Shown: piece by piece, positions 17,805 to 27,993 of the stretch | Layout: each line of letters opens with the position of its first letter | How positions within the stretch are numbered: the stretch's first letter is position 1 | Notes under the pieces: generated by a model | What the model was told of the DNA's origin: nothing | Database searches by the model: none | What the model saw: the letters and a program-made list of their open reading frames with translations, nothing else | Program-made: the position numbers and the translations under genes | Assembly: GCA_038108555.1 (NCBI GenBank) | Contig: JAYNIA010000001.1 | Coordinates: forward strand, 102,427-166,426 | Direction of reading: 5' to 3' | From: Nitrospinota bacterium | Lineage (GTDB): Bacteria > Nitrospinota > Nitrospinia > Nitrospinales > VA-1 | DNA length: 64,000 bases

Positions 17805-19945
17805 TTGACTACCATACCAAACATTTTAATCGTAGATGATGAACAAAGTTTTCTCGATGCGTTAACAGAGTTCATGCGTGATAAAAATTACCATTTAGTA
17901 ACGGCTACGAACGCCAATAAGGGATATGAATTTCTATGCAATCAAGCATTTGATTTGGTACTGGCAGACTTTCGTATGCCTGGAATGAATGGCATTGAAT
18001 TCTTGTGTAAAGTAAGAGAGAAATGGCCAGCAACCGTTAGAATTCTTTGCACAGCTTACCCCTCAGAAGATGTTTCAGTACACTCAATTCAAGATGCAGG
18101 CGTAATTAAGGTCTTAAATAAACCTGTAGACCTAAATGAACTTGAAAAAGTTATCCGAATTGGACTGCAAACTTACAGATTCAAACAATCGTTTAATCAT
18201 TCTGATAAACATTTTGTAAAAAATAAATCTTTTAGATTCCTCGACAATTATAAGGACCGGTTGATTCAGGAAAGCCTTGTAACTAATGATCAACTTGAGG
18301 AAGCCATACTGGTCCAACATGCTACTGGAAATGGGCTTGTAGAGACTCTATTAAAACTCAATTTCATAGATGAAGATACTATTTTATCCTTTTTAGGAAA
18401 CCAGATAGAACCTTTAGCCATGAGTCTCAAGAACATTGAAATTGAGCCTGAACTTTTAAAAATCATACCTGAAGATGTAGCACGAGCCAATGAAGTTATC
18501 CCCATTTGCAAAGAGGAAGGAGTAATAACCATAGCCCTTACAGATCCCTACGACTTTTTTGCAATTATGTATGCAGGAACTTTTATACAAGACAAGCTTG
18601 ATTTCAAAGTCTGCACTAAAAAAGAAATCAATGCAGTTTTTGAGAAATATTTTCCTGACAAGCCATCAACTCAGAAAACCATTAATAGAATCCGGGAGTC
18701 AATTGCGCCCTCAAAATCTACTTCGGATACAGAGAACATAGATCTGGAGTTTGAGTCACATATAAAGGAGCTGACTGTTGAACTGAATCCTGATTCAGCA
18801 CCAATTATAAATACTACCAATCAAATTATTCTCGAAGGAATGAACTGTCTTGCCAGCGATATTCATATAAGTTCCGAAAGGAATCGAATGCGAGTGCGCT
18901 ATCGGGTGGATGGAGTGTTAATCGAAGGGAAAAAATATCCCATGAAATACTTATTGCCTGTTATTTCCAGAGTAAAGGTTCTAGCCTCTCTGGATATTAC
19001 CGTCAGGCATATTCCTCAGGATGGTCGGCTTCGATTAAAATCAGGAAATAACACTATTGATACCCGTATTTCCACTTATCCTTCCAATTATGGCGAGAAT
19101 CTCGTTTTAAGGCTTTTACCAAGGGCTGGCAGCTCTATTCAAATTGAGCAGTTGGGTTTTTCGGATTCTGACTTACAAAAGGTAAAAAAATTTTACGCAA
19201 GAGCAATGGAGTTTTCTTAACCACAGGCCCAACGGGGAGCGGAAAAACAACGACCCTTTACTCTTTTGTAAAAGCGCTTGATAGCATTGAAAAGAACATT
19301 ATGACCATTGATGATCCGATAGAATATCAGCTTGAAAACATAGTTCAGGGGGAGGTTAATGAAAAACAGGGTTTTACATTTTCGGGTGCCTTAAGATCAA
19401 TGTTAAGACAAGACCCGGATATTATTCTGGTTGGTGAAATCAGAGATAACGAAACGGCTGAAATTGCATTTAAAGCAGGAATAACCGGACACCTGGTTCT
19501 GAGCACCCTTCATACTATCTCAGCGGCCAATGCTTTACTTCGCCTGGTGAATTTGGGGTTAGATCGGGAAACACTTGCATCTTCGTTGATAGGCATTATG
19601 AGCCAGAGACTGGCAAGAAAAATATGTCCGAAATGCAAAATAAAATATCAACCAGATGATTCCCTTTTAAATTATTTGGGGGTCGAAAAAAGTTCTTTGA
19701 CCCAAGACCTTTATAAGGGAAAAGGTTGCAATAACTGCCACCAGACAGGATATAAGGGAAGAGTTGGTATTTACGAAGTATTGGTTATTGATGACAAATT
19801 AAAAGGAATGATTACCTCAGGTTGCACCGAACTGGAAATACAAAATTTCGCCATAAAGCAAGGAATGCAACTTCTAAAAAAAGATGGCCTTGATAAAGTC
19901 TTTTCAGGAACAACCACCCTGGAAGAAATCGCTCGTATATGTTAG
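17805..19945 (+). pseudogene. Receiver-domain-fused GspE/PilB-family secretion ATPase, frameshifted at A7 19184-19190
   Basis: REC (ILIVDDE, LADFRMPGMNG, KP), ASDIHI, RYRVDGVL, PQDGR; Walker A GPTGSGKTT at 19226-19252 lies in the frame of ORF 19301-19945 (LRQDPDIILVGEIRD, TGHLVLSTLHT, CPKC/CNNC). Confidence 0.85.
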
Positions 19946-20072
19946 CTATTTAAAATTCGATGCCATTATTATAGATTTATCCTAATGTTCAACGATTGAA
20001 CTCGTAGCCGACAACAGACGTTGTTATTTTTTTCTTTGCGCTAGTTTTATTCACTGCATGCAAAAAAAACAG

Positions 20073-20224
20073 TGAAAGTTGGAGATTTAAAATCCCTTCT
20101 CAATCCTGATTCTTTTCAAATACAAAAGTTCCATGGCGTTGGTTTTCAGTCCACGGACATGAGGTTTGACCAAAAGGTTTTGCGCCGTGACAAACAAGGG
20201 AACCATGGGGACATCGGTTTCGGT
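20073..20224 (-). repeat. oppA 3' end (copy B of the direct repeat)
   Basis: Matches 16992-17143, including about 14 nt beyond the stop codon. Confidence 0.92.
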
Positions 20225-21670
20225 CAACAACACCTGGGCTTCGTCATAGACCTTTTGTCTATCCTTTGGGTTTTTTAAAGTGGACCCCTTTGCGATGAGT
20301 TGATCGTAATTCGCGTTGGCCCACTTCAGCCGGTTGTTTCCACTTGTTGAGATAAACAGGTTCATGAAATTATCCGGGTCTGGGAAATCCGCTCCCCATC
20401 CCAGTCGAAATATTTGTGGAGGATCCAGATCCAACTGGCTTAAAAATACTTTCCATTCCTGATTTTCAAACTCAACATCTATATTCAAATGTTTTTTCCA
20501 TTGTTCCTGAATGAATGCACCAATCAAGCGGTTTTTACTTTCCGTATTAAACACCGCCGTCACCTTGGGGAAGTCCTTCCCGCCAGGGTATCCTGCTTCC
20601 GCCAGCAGCGCGCGGGCTTTTTCGGGATCAAACTTGGAACCAATTCCCTCGTTATAACCGAACATACCCTTGGGAACCCAGGAGGATGAAGGTAGCTCCC
20701 CTCCTTTTAAAATTTTTGGGATCAGGGACCGATTGATGGCATGTGCCAGAGCCCGTCGGACCAACACATTATCCATCGGCGGCTTCTTAACATTGAACCC
20801 GTAGTAATATCCGCGCAGCTGCGGTTTGTTTCGATATTCAGGACTTTTCTTATAATGCGGGATGGCAATGGGCGGAAGCTCAATATAATCCAACTCTCCC
20901 GTCTCATAAAGAGTGAGTGCGGTGGTGGGTTCCTGCACAACAAAAATCTGGACTTCGTTTATCTCGGGTTTCCCTTCATAGTGTTTGGAGTTGGCCTTCA
21001 ATACCAGTTTGTATTCATGCTCCCATTCTTTAAGAAGGTAGGGTCCATTCGTGACTATATTTTCCGGTTCGGTCCAGTCATCACCATATTTTTCGATGAC
21101 ATCTTTACGAAGGGGAAACGTCACCATAAAGGTTGTGATGCTGGGAAAATAAACCACCGGTTTCTTCAGCGTGACTTCAAGCACATCTTCTCGGATTGCT
21201 TTTACCCCCACCTGATCCGGGTCTTTGAGTTTTCCCATGTTGTATTCGAAGGCGTTTTTTATATCAAAAAGAAAATAGGCATATTGCGCAGCGGTTTCAG
21301 GTGCCAAAAGACGCTTCCAGGAATACTCAAAATCTTCCGCAGTTACTTTTTTTCCATCGCTCCAGACGGCATCCTCCCGCAGATAAAAAGTGATGGTCGT
21401 GCCTTCGTTCGAGTATTCCCACCTCTTGGCAATAGCGGGGATTGGATTCAAATCGGCATCGTACTGGGTGAGTCCTTCCATCAGGTTGGTCAGGATGGTG
21501 AAGGAAACACTGTCTGTTGCAAGACTTGCATCCAAAGCAGGAGGCTCGTTCTTAATCGTCATTCTAAAGGTGGAAGAGTCTGCCGACGTAGGGCCTTTGG
21601 AACAACCTGACAGAATCACCAGAAGGGCAAAAGCAGGAATCAGTTTTGAAAATATTTGGGGTCGGGGCAT
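20087..21670 (-). CDS. oppA: Peptide ABC transporter substrate-binding lipoprotein
   Basis: Lipobox LSGC, WSDGKKVTAEDFEYSW, NGPY, VRRALAHAINR, GWGADFPDP. Confidence 0.9.
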   Translation of the reverse strand: MPRPQIFSKLIPAFALLVILSGCSKGPTSADSSTFRMTIKNEPPALDASLATDSVSFTILTNLMEGLTQYDADLNPIPAIAKRWEYSNEGTTITFYLREDAVWSDGKKVTAEDFEYSWKRLLAPETAAQYAYFLFDIKNAFEYNMGKLKDPDQVGVKAIREDVLEVTLKKPVVYFPSITTFMVTFPLRKDVIEKYGDDWTEPENIVTNGPYLLKEWEHEYKLVLKANSKHYEGKPEINEVQIFVVQEPTTALTLYETGELDYIELPPIAIPHYKKSPEYRNKPQLRGYYYGFNVKKPPMDNVLVRRALAHAINRSLIPKILKGGELPSSSWVPKGMFGYNEGIGSKFDPEKARALLAEAGYPGGKDFPKVTAVFNTESKNRLIGAFIQEQWKKHLNIDVEFENQEWKVFLSQLDLDPPQIFRLGWGADFPDPDNFMNLFISTSGNNRLKWANANYDQLIAKGSTLKNPKDRQKVYDEAQVLLTETDVPMVPLFVTAQNLLVKPHVRGLKTNAMELLYLKRIRIEKGF

Positions 21671-21927
21671 ATAAGCCGGGGGTTTTCAGGCAAAGACCGA
21701 ACAGCCTGATAATTAACTATTTGATTTTATTAATCTAATTGAATTATAAAATAGAGTTCATCCCGCTCCTTTGCGGCATTGGAGATCATTTTATATATTA
21801 ATAACCCCTTTACACAAGAAATATACCCCGAGTCCCGAAAGGCAAATAAAATGAAACAGTTATTTATCTCTTTACTTTTCCATTCACCTTTATAAAATGG
21901 CTGTTTTTACTTTTAAGCGGATACCCA

Positions 21928-22593
21928 ATGGCTGAAGACATCTCCTATATCAGGAAATGGATCAAAAGAGGATTGAGCAAGGATAAAAAGACCCTCGATT
22001 TTTCCAATAAGGGAATCGATAACCTGGTCGCTGAAGAGCTCGCCGAGAATGTGGCGCTGCCGGATATCGAAATATTATTTTTGCATACCAACAAAATCAA
22101 GGATGAAGGGCTTGAGGAACTTGCTAATTCAGAGTTCTTCGAACCTTTGAAGGAATTGTGGCTTTATGAAAATAAAATTGGCGATGACGGAGCAGTAGCC
22201 CTGGCTGAATCAGACAATGTATTGCAACTGAGATACCTGAGTTTGTACACCAACCGGATTAGTGATGACGGAGCCATCGCCCTTGCCAATTCCAAAAACC
22301 TGAAAAACCTGGAAACATTAGATTTATCTTTCAATCGCATTGGAGATGAAGGTGCCATGGCGTTGGCGAATTCCACGTGTTTAAAAAACCTGAAAGCCCT
22401 GCACCTCGATGCCAATCGCATCGGGTTTAAAGGAATGCAGGCACTGGCTGAACTTCCCGGATTAAAAAATCTGGAAACACTCAATGTGACTTATAATCTG
22501 GTGCACCCCGAAGGCTTGGGGCTCCTTGAAAACTCCGAACGTTTGCAAAACCTGGGACAAGTAAAAACCGATCTCCTGAAGGCAAAAGACTAG
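21928..22593 (+). CDS. Leucine-rich repeat protein (28-aa RI-like repeats)
   Basis: LxxLxLxxNxIGDxGAxALAxS repeats. Confidence 0.9.
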   Translation: MAEDISYIRKWIKRGLSKDKKTLDFSNKGIDNLVAEELAENVALPDIEILFLHTNKIKDEGLEELANSEFFEPLKELWLYENKIGDDGAVALAESDNVLQLRYLSLYTNRISDDGAIALANSKNLKNLETLDLSFNRIGDEGAMALANSTCLKNLKALHLDANRIGFKGMQALAELPGLKNLETLNVTYNLVHPEGLGLLENSERLQNLGQVKTDLLKAKD

Positions 22594-22596
22594 CGC

Positions 22597-24075
22597 ATGA
22601 CCACCGTCAATAAAGAATCGAATTTCATACGTAATTTGAACCTGCAACTGGTTCGAAAAGATCCTGTTTTGAATTTAAGCTACGAGCGAATGGGCGATGC
22701 GGGAATTGCATTTATCTGCCAATCCAAAAATCTTTACCACGTGAAAGAGCTCGACTTGAGCTGGAATGAAATTTCCGATTTGGGTCTGCAAAAACTTGCC
22801 GACTGCAGTTCCCTGAAAAACCTGACACGTCTGGTTTTGAACTCCAATGAAATTTCCGATGCCGGAGCTGAAAGTCTCAGCGCATTGAAGAATTTGCCGA
22901 ATTTAAAAACCCTGGAACTGGCTTTTAATCGGATCACACAATTCGGGGCACTCAGTCTTGTTAAATCGGCCCAACTTCGTAACCTGCACCTACTGGATTT
23001 GGAAATGAATCAGGTTGGGGAAAAGAAGTCCAACAACTTTCCAGATGGAACTGCCATACCCAGCCTAAAAATCCTGAATCTTAGAAAGAACCAGATGGGA
23101 GACGGGGCCATTACCGACTGGGCACAGTCCGGCGGATTTGAGGGCTTGGACCATTTGAATCTGGGGTGGAACGAGATATCCGATGAAGGTGCAAAGGTGC
23201 TTGCAAACTCTCCCACATTAAAACCCTTGCGAACTTTGATTCTCGATTCAAATCATATCGGGGACCCAGGATCGCTGAGTTTGGCGCAGTCGAAAAACTT
23301 ATCCAGCCTGAAAACTCTCAATATGGCGGACAACAAAATTAAATCAAAGGGAGAATCGGCGCTACTGGATTTACGCACGCGCAACCTAACCGAAAAAATA
23401 AAGGACGACAAAAGCCTGAACCTGAATGTCCTGTATTTGAGAAACAAAGATCTTAAAGCCTTATCCCTGCACCAGAAACTCGAAGAAGTTCAGTCTTTAT
23501 CTTTACGCAGCAATTTATTTGACCATCAGGGACTTGGAGAACTGGCCGCTTCCCCTTTTGTTAAAAACCTGAAGCAACTGAACCTGATGGACAATTCCAT
23601 TGGAGACAAGGGCGTCTTTTTGTTGAGTGAGTCTGAATCGCTTGCGAACCTCGAAGTGTTAAATCTGGAAAATACACAAACCACTTCTACAGGAATATTG
23701 GCACTTTCCAAATCGGCACATTTGAAAAACTTAAAAGAGTTGAACTTAAACGGAAATTCAATTGATGGCAAAGGCCTACTATTACTTGCCGAGTCGGATA
23801 ATTTTAAAAGCCTGAAGGTTTTGAAAGTTTCCGGAGTTTCAATGACGGATAAAGATTTCCAATCCCTTCTCAATTCCAGTTCATTAAGCCAACTTGAAGA
23901 GTTGGATGCTGCAGGAAATTCCCTTTCAGGTGACTTCCTGATGAATCTTGGGAAATCCCAACTCCTTCCTCATCTGAGAAAAATAGACCTGCGGAGAAAC
24001 CATCTGCTGGAATCTGACCAGTTAATTTTGGCAAACTCGCCTGAATTCAGCCACATGGAAACTATCCGGTTTTAA
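22597..24075 (+). CDS. Leucine-rich repeat protein (RI-like, long)
   Basis: Many LxxLxLxxNxIxDxG repeats; starts 3 nt after the previous gene. Confidence 0.9.
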   Translation: MTTVNKESNFIRNLNLQLVRKDPVLNLSYERMGDAGIAFICQSKNLYHVKELDLSWNEISDLGLQKLADCSSLKNLTRLVLNSNEISDAGAESLSALKNLPNLKTLELAFNRITQFGALSLVKSAQLRNLHLLDLEMNQVGEKKSNNFPDGTAIPSLKILNLRKNQMGDGAITDWAQSGGFEGLDHLNLGWNEISDEGAKVLANSPTLKPLRTLILDSNHIGDPGSLSLAQSKNLSSLKTLNMADNKIKSKGESALLDLRTRNLTEKIKDDKSLNLNVLYLRNKDLKALSLHQKLEEVQSLSLRSNLFDHQGLGELAASPFVKNLKQLNLMDNSIGDKGVFLLSESESLANLEVLNLENTQTTSTGILALSKSAHLKNLKELNLNGNSIDGKGLLLLAESDNFKSLKVLKVSGVSMTDKDFQSLLNSSSLSQLEELDAAGNSLSGDFLMNLGKSQLLPHLRKIDLRRNHLLESDQLILANSPEFSHMETIRF

Positions 24076-24104
24076 TTACCCGCCCCAGTCTTTCCTCTGA
24101 TTTA

Positions 24105-24133
24105 TTGATTTACTTGAGGTTTTCTAATATAAT
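24105..24133 (+). promoter_or_regulatory. Sigma70-type promoter
   Basis: TTGATT-17 nt-TATAAT upstream of 24204. Confidence 0.6.
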
Positions 24134-24203
24134 TTCTTCTGCATCATTCTTTTTAATTTTACTTTTTATCCTTTTGGGATAGGAATTCAGGGATTTTAGA
24201 TCA

Positions 24204-25754
24204 ATGAGAATTGGGTGTGTATATTCGATTGAGAATTATGTCTCCATTGATAAACCAATGCGGTCTCCAATGGAAATCCCCTTTGGGATATCAATTATCG
24301 CTACAGTTTTAAAAACTGCAGGAAACAATGTTGATCTGTTTGTTATTAGCCCAGTCACTCCTGTTAGAAAAATCCTGGAAGAATATATTAAAGAAAAAAA
24401 ACCTCAGCTGTTCTGTTTATCTGCGGTATCCTCCCAATTCCCCCCCATTGAAAAGGTCGCGGCGCTGGTAAAAGAAATAGATCCGAGCATTTTCGTGATT
24501 TTAGGTGGACACCATGCATCTTTAGCGCCTGAGAAAGCTATTGAATGTGCCAATTTAGATGCCATTTGCGTTAGCGAGGGAGACGCTGCGGTCGTAGAAT
24601 TGACCCGGCAACTTGAAGAGGGGAAATGGCCCTCAGGGATCCCCAATCTTTGGATAAGAGACCCCAAAACCAAAGAAATCGAAAGAAACCCTACGGCTCC
24701 TTTCAATGAAGAGCTTGATACTATTCCTCATGTAGACCGTACACTTTGGGAACCTTGGATAGCAAATCCGCATGAAGAGGCTTCAATACTGGTTGGGCGG
24801 GGCTGCCCTTATAAATGCACCTATTGTTCCAATCATGCCATGGAAGAATTAGCCGAGGGCCAATATGTCCGTTACCGTTCCTCTGAGGACATGATTTCAG
24901 AGATTGAGTATTTGACCGGGCAATACCCAAAAATGAAGCATATTTACCTGGAAATCGAAACGGTAGGTGCCGACATCGTCAAAGGAATTGACCTGTTTGA
25001 AAAACTTGCAGATTACAATAATGCAAGAAAGGAAAAACTAACTTTTAGAATTAATTTAGCCCTTCATTCAAATTTTGTAAGGGTCGAAGAAAAATTCAGG
25101 CATTTTCTAGAGCTTTGCCAAAAAGCAAATGTGACAGCCTTAAATGTTGGATTGGAGTCAGGCTCCTTCCGGGTGCGTCGGGAGATTCTTCGTCGACCCA
25201 GATATACTAATGAAGAGCTGATTGGATTTTGCCGAACCGCCAGAGAGTATGGCGTGGCAACTTCTCTTTTAGTTCTAATGGGTGTTCCGGGAGAAACCTT
25301 TGAAGACTATCTTGAAACAGTTGAAGTTGTAAGAGATTTACAACCGGAAGATGTCCAACTTTCTATTTTTTATCCCTACCTGGGAACCGATTTATACAAT
25401 GTGGCGGTCGAACAAGGAGTGATCCCCGACGGAGGAACAGAGCCAAGCAATGAGAGACATCGTGCTACCCTCGAGCTCGAAAATTTTCCAAAATGGCGGA
25501 TTCAATTTGAGTTTCTCTTTTTCTGGTACCGCTGTTTTAAAGGACACTGGACCACGGATAAAATACTTCTCAAAATGCTAAGGGCTTTCCTTTTACGATT
25601 TACAAACCTTTCTGCAATTGCGCGCTATTTAATAGTCAACAACCGTTTTTGCAAATACATTTTTAAAACATACATGGATGGTCCTAAGAAAATTACGGGT
25701 ATTAAAGAAGAAAAAATCGGGACACTTGCTTCATACCATACTGGAGAGTTGTGA
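24204..25754 (+). CDS. B12-binding-domain radical SAM protein
   Basis: ILGGHHAS, SEGD, GRGCPYKCTYC, GLESGS, GVPGET, FYPYLGT. Confidence 0.9.
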   Translation: MRIGCVYSIENYVSIDKPMRSPMEIPFGISIIATVLKTAGNNVDLFVISPVTPVRKILEEYIKEKKPQLFCLSAVSSQFPPIEKVAALVKEIDPSIFVILGGHHASLAPEKAIECANLDAICVSEGDAAVVELTRQLEEGKWPSGIPNLWIRDPKTKEIERNPTAPFNEELDTIPHVDRTLWEPWIANPHEEASILVGRGCPYKCTYCSNHAMEELAEGQYVRYRSSEDMISEIEYLTGQYPKMKHIYLEIETVGADIVKGIDLFEKLADYNNARKEKLTFRINLALHSNFVRVEEKFRHFLELCQKANVTALNVGLESGSFRVRREILRRPRYTNEELIGFCRTAREYGVATSLLVLMGVPGETFEDYLETVEVVRDLQPEDVQLSIFYPYLGTDLYNVAVEQGVIPDGGTEPSNERHRATLELENFPKWRIQFEFLFFWYRCFKGHWTTDKILLKMLRAFLLRFTNLSAIARYLIVNNRFCKYIFKTYMDGPKKITGIKEEKIGTLASYHTGEL

Positions 25755-26044
25755 TTGATTGAGATTAATTCAAACCTGTATCATCCTCAACATGAAGTTT
25801 CCGAGCTTTACTTCCCCAAAATGGATGCTTATTGGAATCCATAAGAAGCATACTGTTCTACCCGCATAAAAAAAGACATTCAATTCTTTAAAGGGTTTCA
25901 ATCTTAAAAGGGCTTCAACCTGATTTTATTGCTCACCTATAATTCGCCCTTAAAAACTATGGATAAATGCTTTTCTTCATGCTTTAATTTAGCTTATGGA
26001 ATAATTTTCAAGCATTTAAAAAACTTTAATTTTCATATTATAAA

Positions 26045-27511
26045 GTGATGGGTTCTCAGGGTTTAAATTTGATCCAGCATTCATTTTCACATGATGATCA
26101 AAGGGCCTTTGCAAAATTATCCGGCGACTATAATCCCATTCACCTCGATCCTGTAAAAGCACGCCGCACCGGTTTTGGCCAACCAGTTGTACATGGAATG
26201 CATGCTCTACTTTGGGCTTTAGAAGTTTTTTTCACAGGAAAAACAGAAACTTTAAAACTTGTTTCCCTGAAAACCTTTTTCAAACAACCCATCGCTGTAG
26301 GAGAAAAATTTAGACTCGCCTTTAAGAACAAAGATGATAATAACATCGAAATCCAAATCCTTGTCCGAAACGACCAAGCTCTTAGAATAACAGCCCAATA
26401 TTCACCAAGAGGAACAAAAAATAATGTGAATTTTGCTGATTCAAATCCAAATTCCAGAGAGTGCCTCGAGCGCAAACCCGAGGAATTGACTCACGCAACG
26501 GGTCGTTTGGATTTAAGCTTGAACAAAAGGGAAGCCGCTCTTCGATTTCCAAACTTAATGCGATTACTTCCTTCTGATCAGTTGGCAGAAATGATGGCAC
26601 TGACTAAATTAGTAGGAATGGAATGCCCGGGACTAAATTCTATCTTTTCAGATTTGAATCTTGATTTTTCTAATCCCTGCGAAGATTCGCCTTATTTAAA
26701 CTATAAAGTTCTTTCATATGACTCCCGTTTTGGTTTGCTAACTCAAAATATTCAGGCCCCCGGCTTAGCAGGTACCCTAAGGGCTTTTGTACGTCCCTCC
26801 CCTGAATATCAAAGTGATTTTTCAGAATTAAGAAAACTGGTTTCGGAAAATGAATTCTCAGGACAAACAGCCATAATTCTAGGTGGATCCCGAGGGTTGG
26901 GCGAAGTAACAGGTAAATTATTGGCAGCTGGAGGGGCTCATGTTTTTATTAGTTACTACTTAGGATCAGAAGATGCACAAAATATTGTGCAACAGATTCA
27001 AAAGGAAGGAGGGAACGCGAAATGCTTTGCATTTAATGTTCTTGACTTAAACTCGTTTGAAAAGGAAAAAATATTAAAAATTGAATCTCCCTTTCATCTT
27101 TACTATTTTCCAACCCCTCTAATATTTCAGGGGCAAAAGAATGCTTTTTCTCCAGAACTGTTTCAAGAGTTCAGTAATTATTATTTAACTGGATTCTTCA
27201 ATACTTTCCAAACCTTTCAGAAATTAGGAAGCGGAATTCAAGGGGTTTTTTATCCTTCCTCGGTTGCAATAGATGAATTACCGAACGACATGGCTGAATA
27301 TTCTGTCGCAAAATCTGCCGGAGAAACTCTTTGCTCTATACTGGCCAAAAAATATCCCGAAATAAACATTTTTGCCCCGCGACTACCTAGAACTGCTACA
27401 GATCAAACAAATTCACTCCTCCCCACCCACAGAGAAGATCCCGCACCACTTATGCTAAAAAACCTTCGCAATTTTAGAGACAAGGCAATAATGGAAATGA
27501 ACTCCATTTAA
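26045..27511 (+). CDS. MaoC-like dehydratase fused to an SDR/ketoreductase domain
   Basis: FAKLSGDYNPIHLD...VVHGM hydratase motif; ILGGSRGLG and YSVAK SDR motifs. Confidence 0.88.
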   Translation: MMGSQGLNLIQHSFSHDDQRAFAKLSGDYNPIHLDPVKARRTGFGQPVVHGMHALLWALEVFFTGKTETLKLVSLKTFFKQPIAVGEKFRLAFKNKDDNNIEIQILVRNDQALRITAQYSPRGTKNNVNFADSNPNSRECLERKPEELTHATGRLDLSLNKREAALRFPNLMRLLPSDQLAEMMALTKLVGMECPGLNSIFSDLNLDFSNPCEDSPYLNYKVLSYDSRFGLLTQNIQAPGLAGTLRAFVRPSPEYQSDFSELRKLVSENEFSGQTAIILGGSRGLGEVTGKLLAAGGAHVFISYYLGSEDAQNIVQQIQKEGGNAKCFAFNVLDLNSFEKEKILKIESPFHLYYFPTPLIFQGQKNAFSPELFQEFSNYYLTGFFNTFQTFQKLGSGIQGVFYPSSVAIDELPNDMAEYSVAKSAGETLCSILAKKYPEINIFAPRLPRTATDQTNSLLPTHREDPAPLMLKNLRNFRDKAIMEMNSI

Positions 27512-27690
27512 TGGTTTGAAACAGGAAAAATTTTTGAATCCTAAGAAGAAGATTGGTTTTTTCCTCATAGTTCCATCTTGAATTTGAAAATTCTAAAAAC
27601 TCAATTTTTAAAAAGGATTTTTTAAACTGAATTAAAAACTGGTATATATTATGTTGCATAGTTTATTGGTCTATTGGAGAAACAATATAA

Positions 27691-27993
27691 ATGCCGCCAT
27701 CTAAGGAAGAAATTACACAAACTATCTTCAACTCCATTGATGAAGTTAATAATATCCTGACCGATGAAATGAAATTAGAAAAATCACAGGAAACTTTATT
27801 GACAGGTGAAAATGGAAAACTGGACTCCCTCGGATTGATCAATTTCATTGTAGAAGTTGAAGGTAGGGTTCAAAAAGAATTTGGATTAGATTTGAACCTC
27901 ATTGAAGTTTTAGATTCCCCAGAAAAGCCCATGAGCAGTATCCGGAAACTCGTGGAATTCATCGAAATAAAGGCAAACGGAAAAAATCAGTGA
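27691..27993 (+). CDS. Acyl carrier protein
   Basis: Acidic 100-aa protein with LDSLGL phosphopantetheine site. Confidence 0.88.
   Translation: MPPSKEEITQTIFNSIDEVNNILTDEMKLEKSQETLLTGENGKLDSLGLINFIVEVEGRVQKEFGLDLNLIEVLDSPEKPMSSIRKLVEFIEIKANGKNQ

Larger units (their letters stand above)
17144..20072. mobile_element. Putative degenerate integrated element or islet in the oppA 3' end
   Basis: Bounded by the 152-bp direct repeat; visibly AT-richer than oppA; no integrase present. Confidence 0.55.

Noticed and set aside
16992..20224. 152-bp repeat pair as a DGR template/variable repeat
   Set aside because: Mismatches are not confined to adenines of either copy on either strand (G/C, T/C and T/G pairs occur), and no reverse transcriptase is present
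20741..21610. 289-aa antisense ORF over oppA and the other shadow ORFs in the track
   Set aside because: They overlap well-supported genes on the opposite strand or in another frame and carry no motifs
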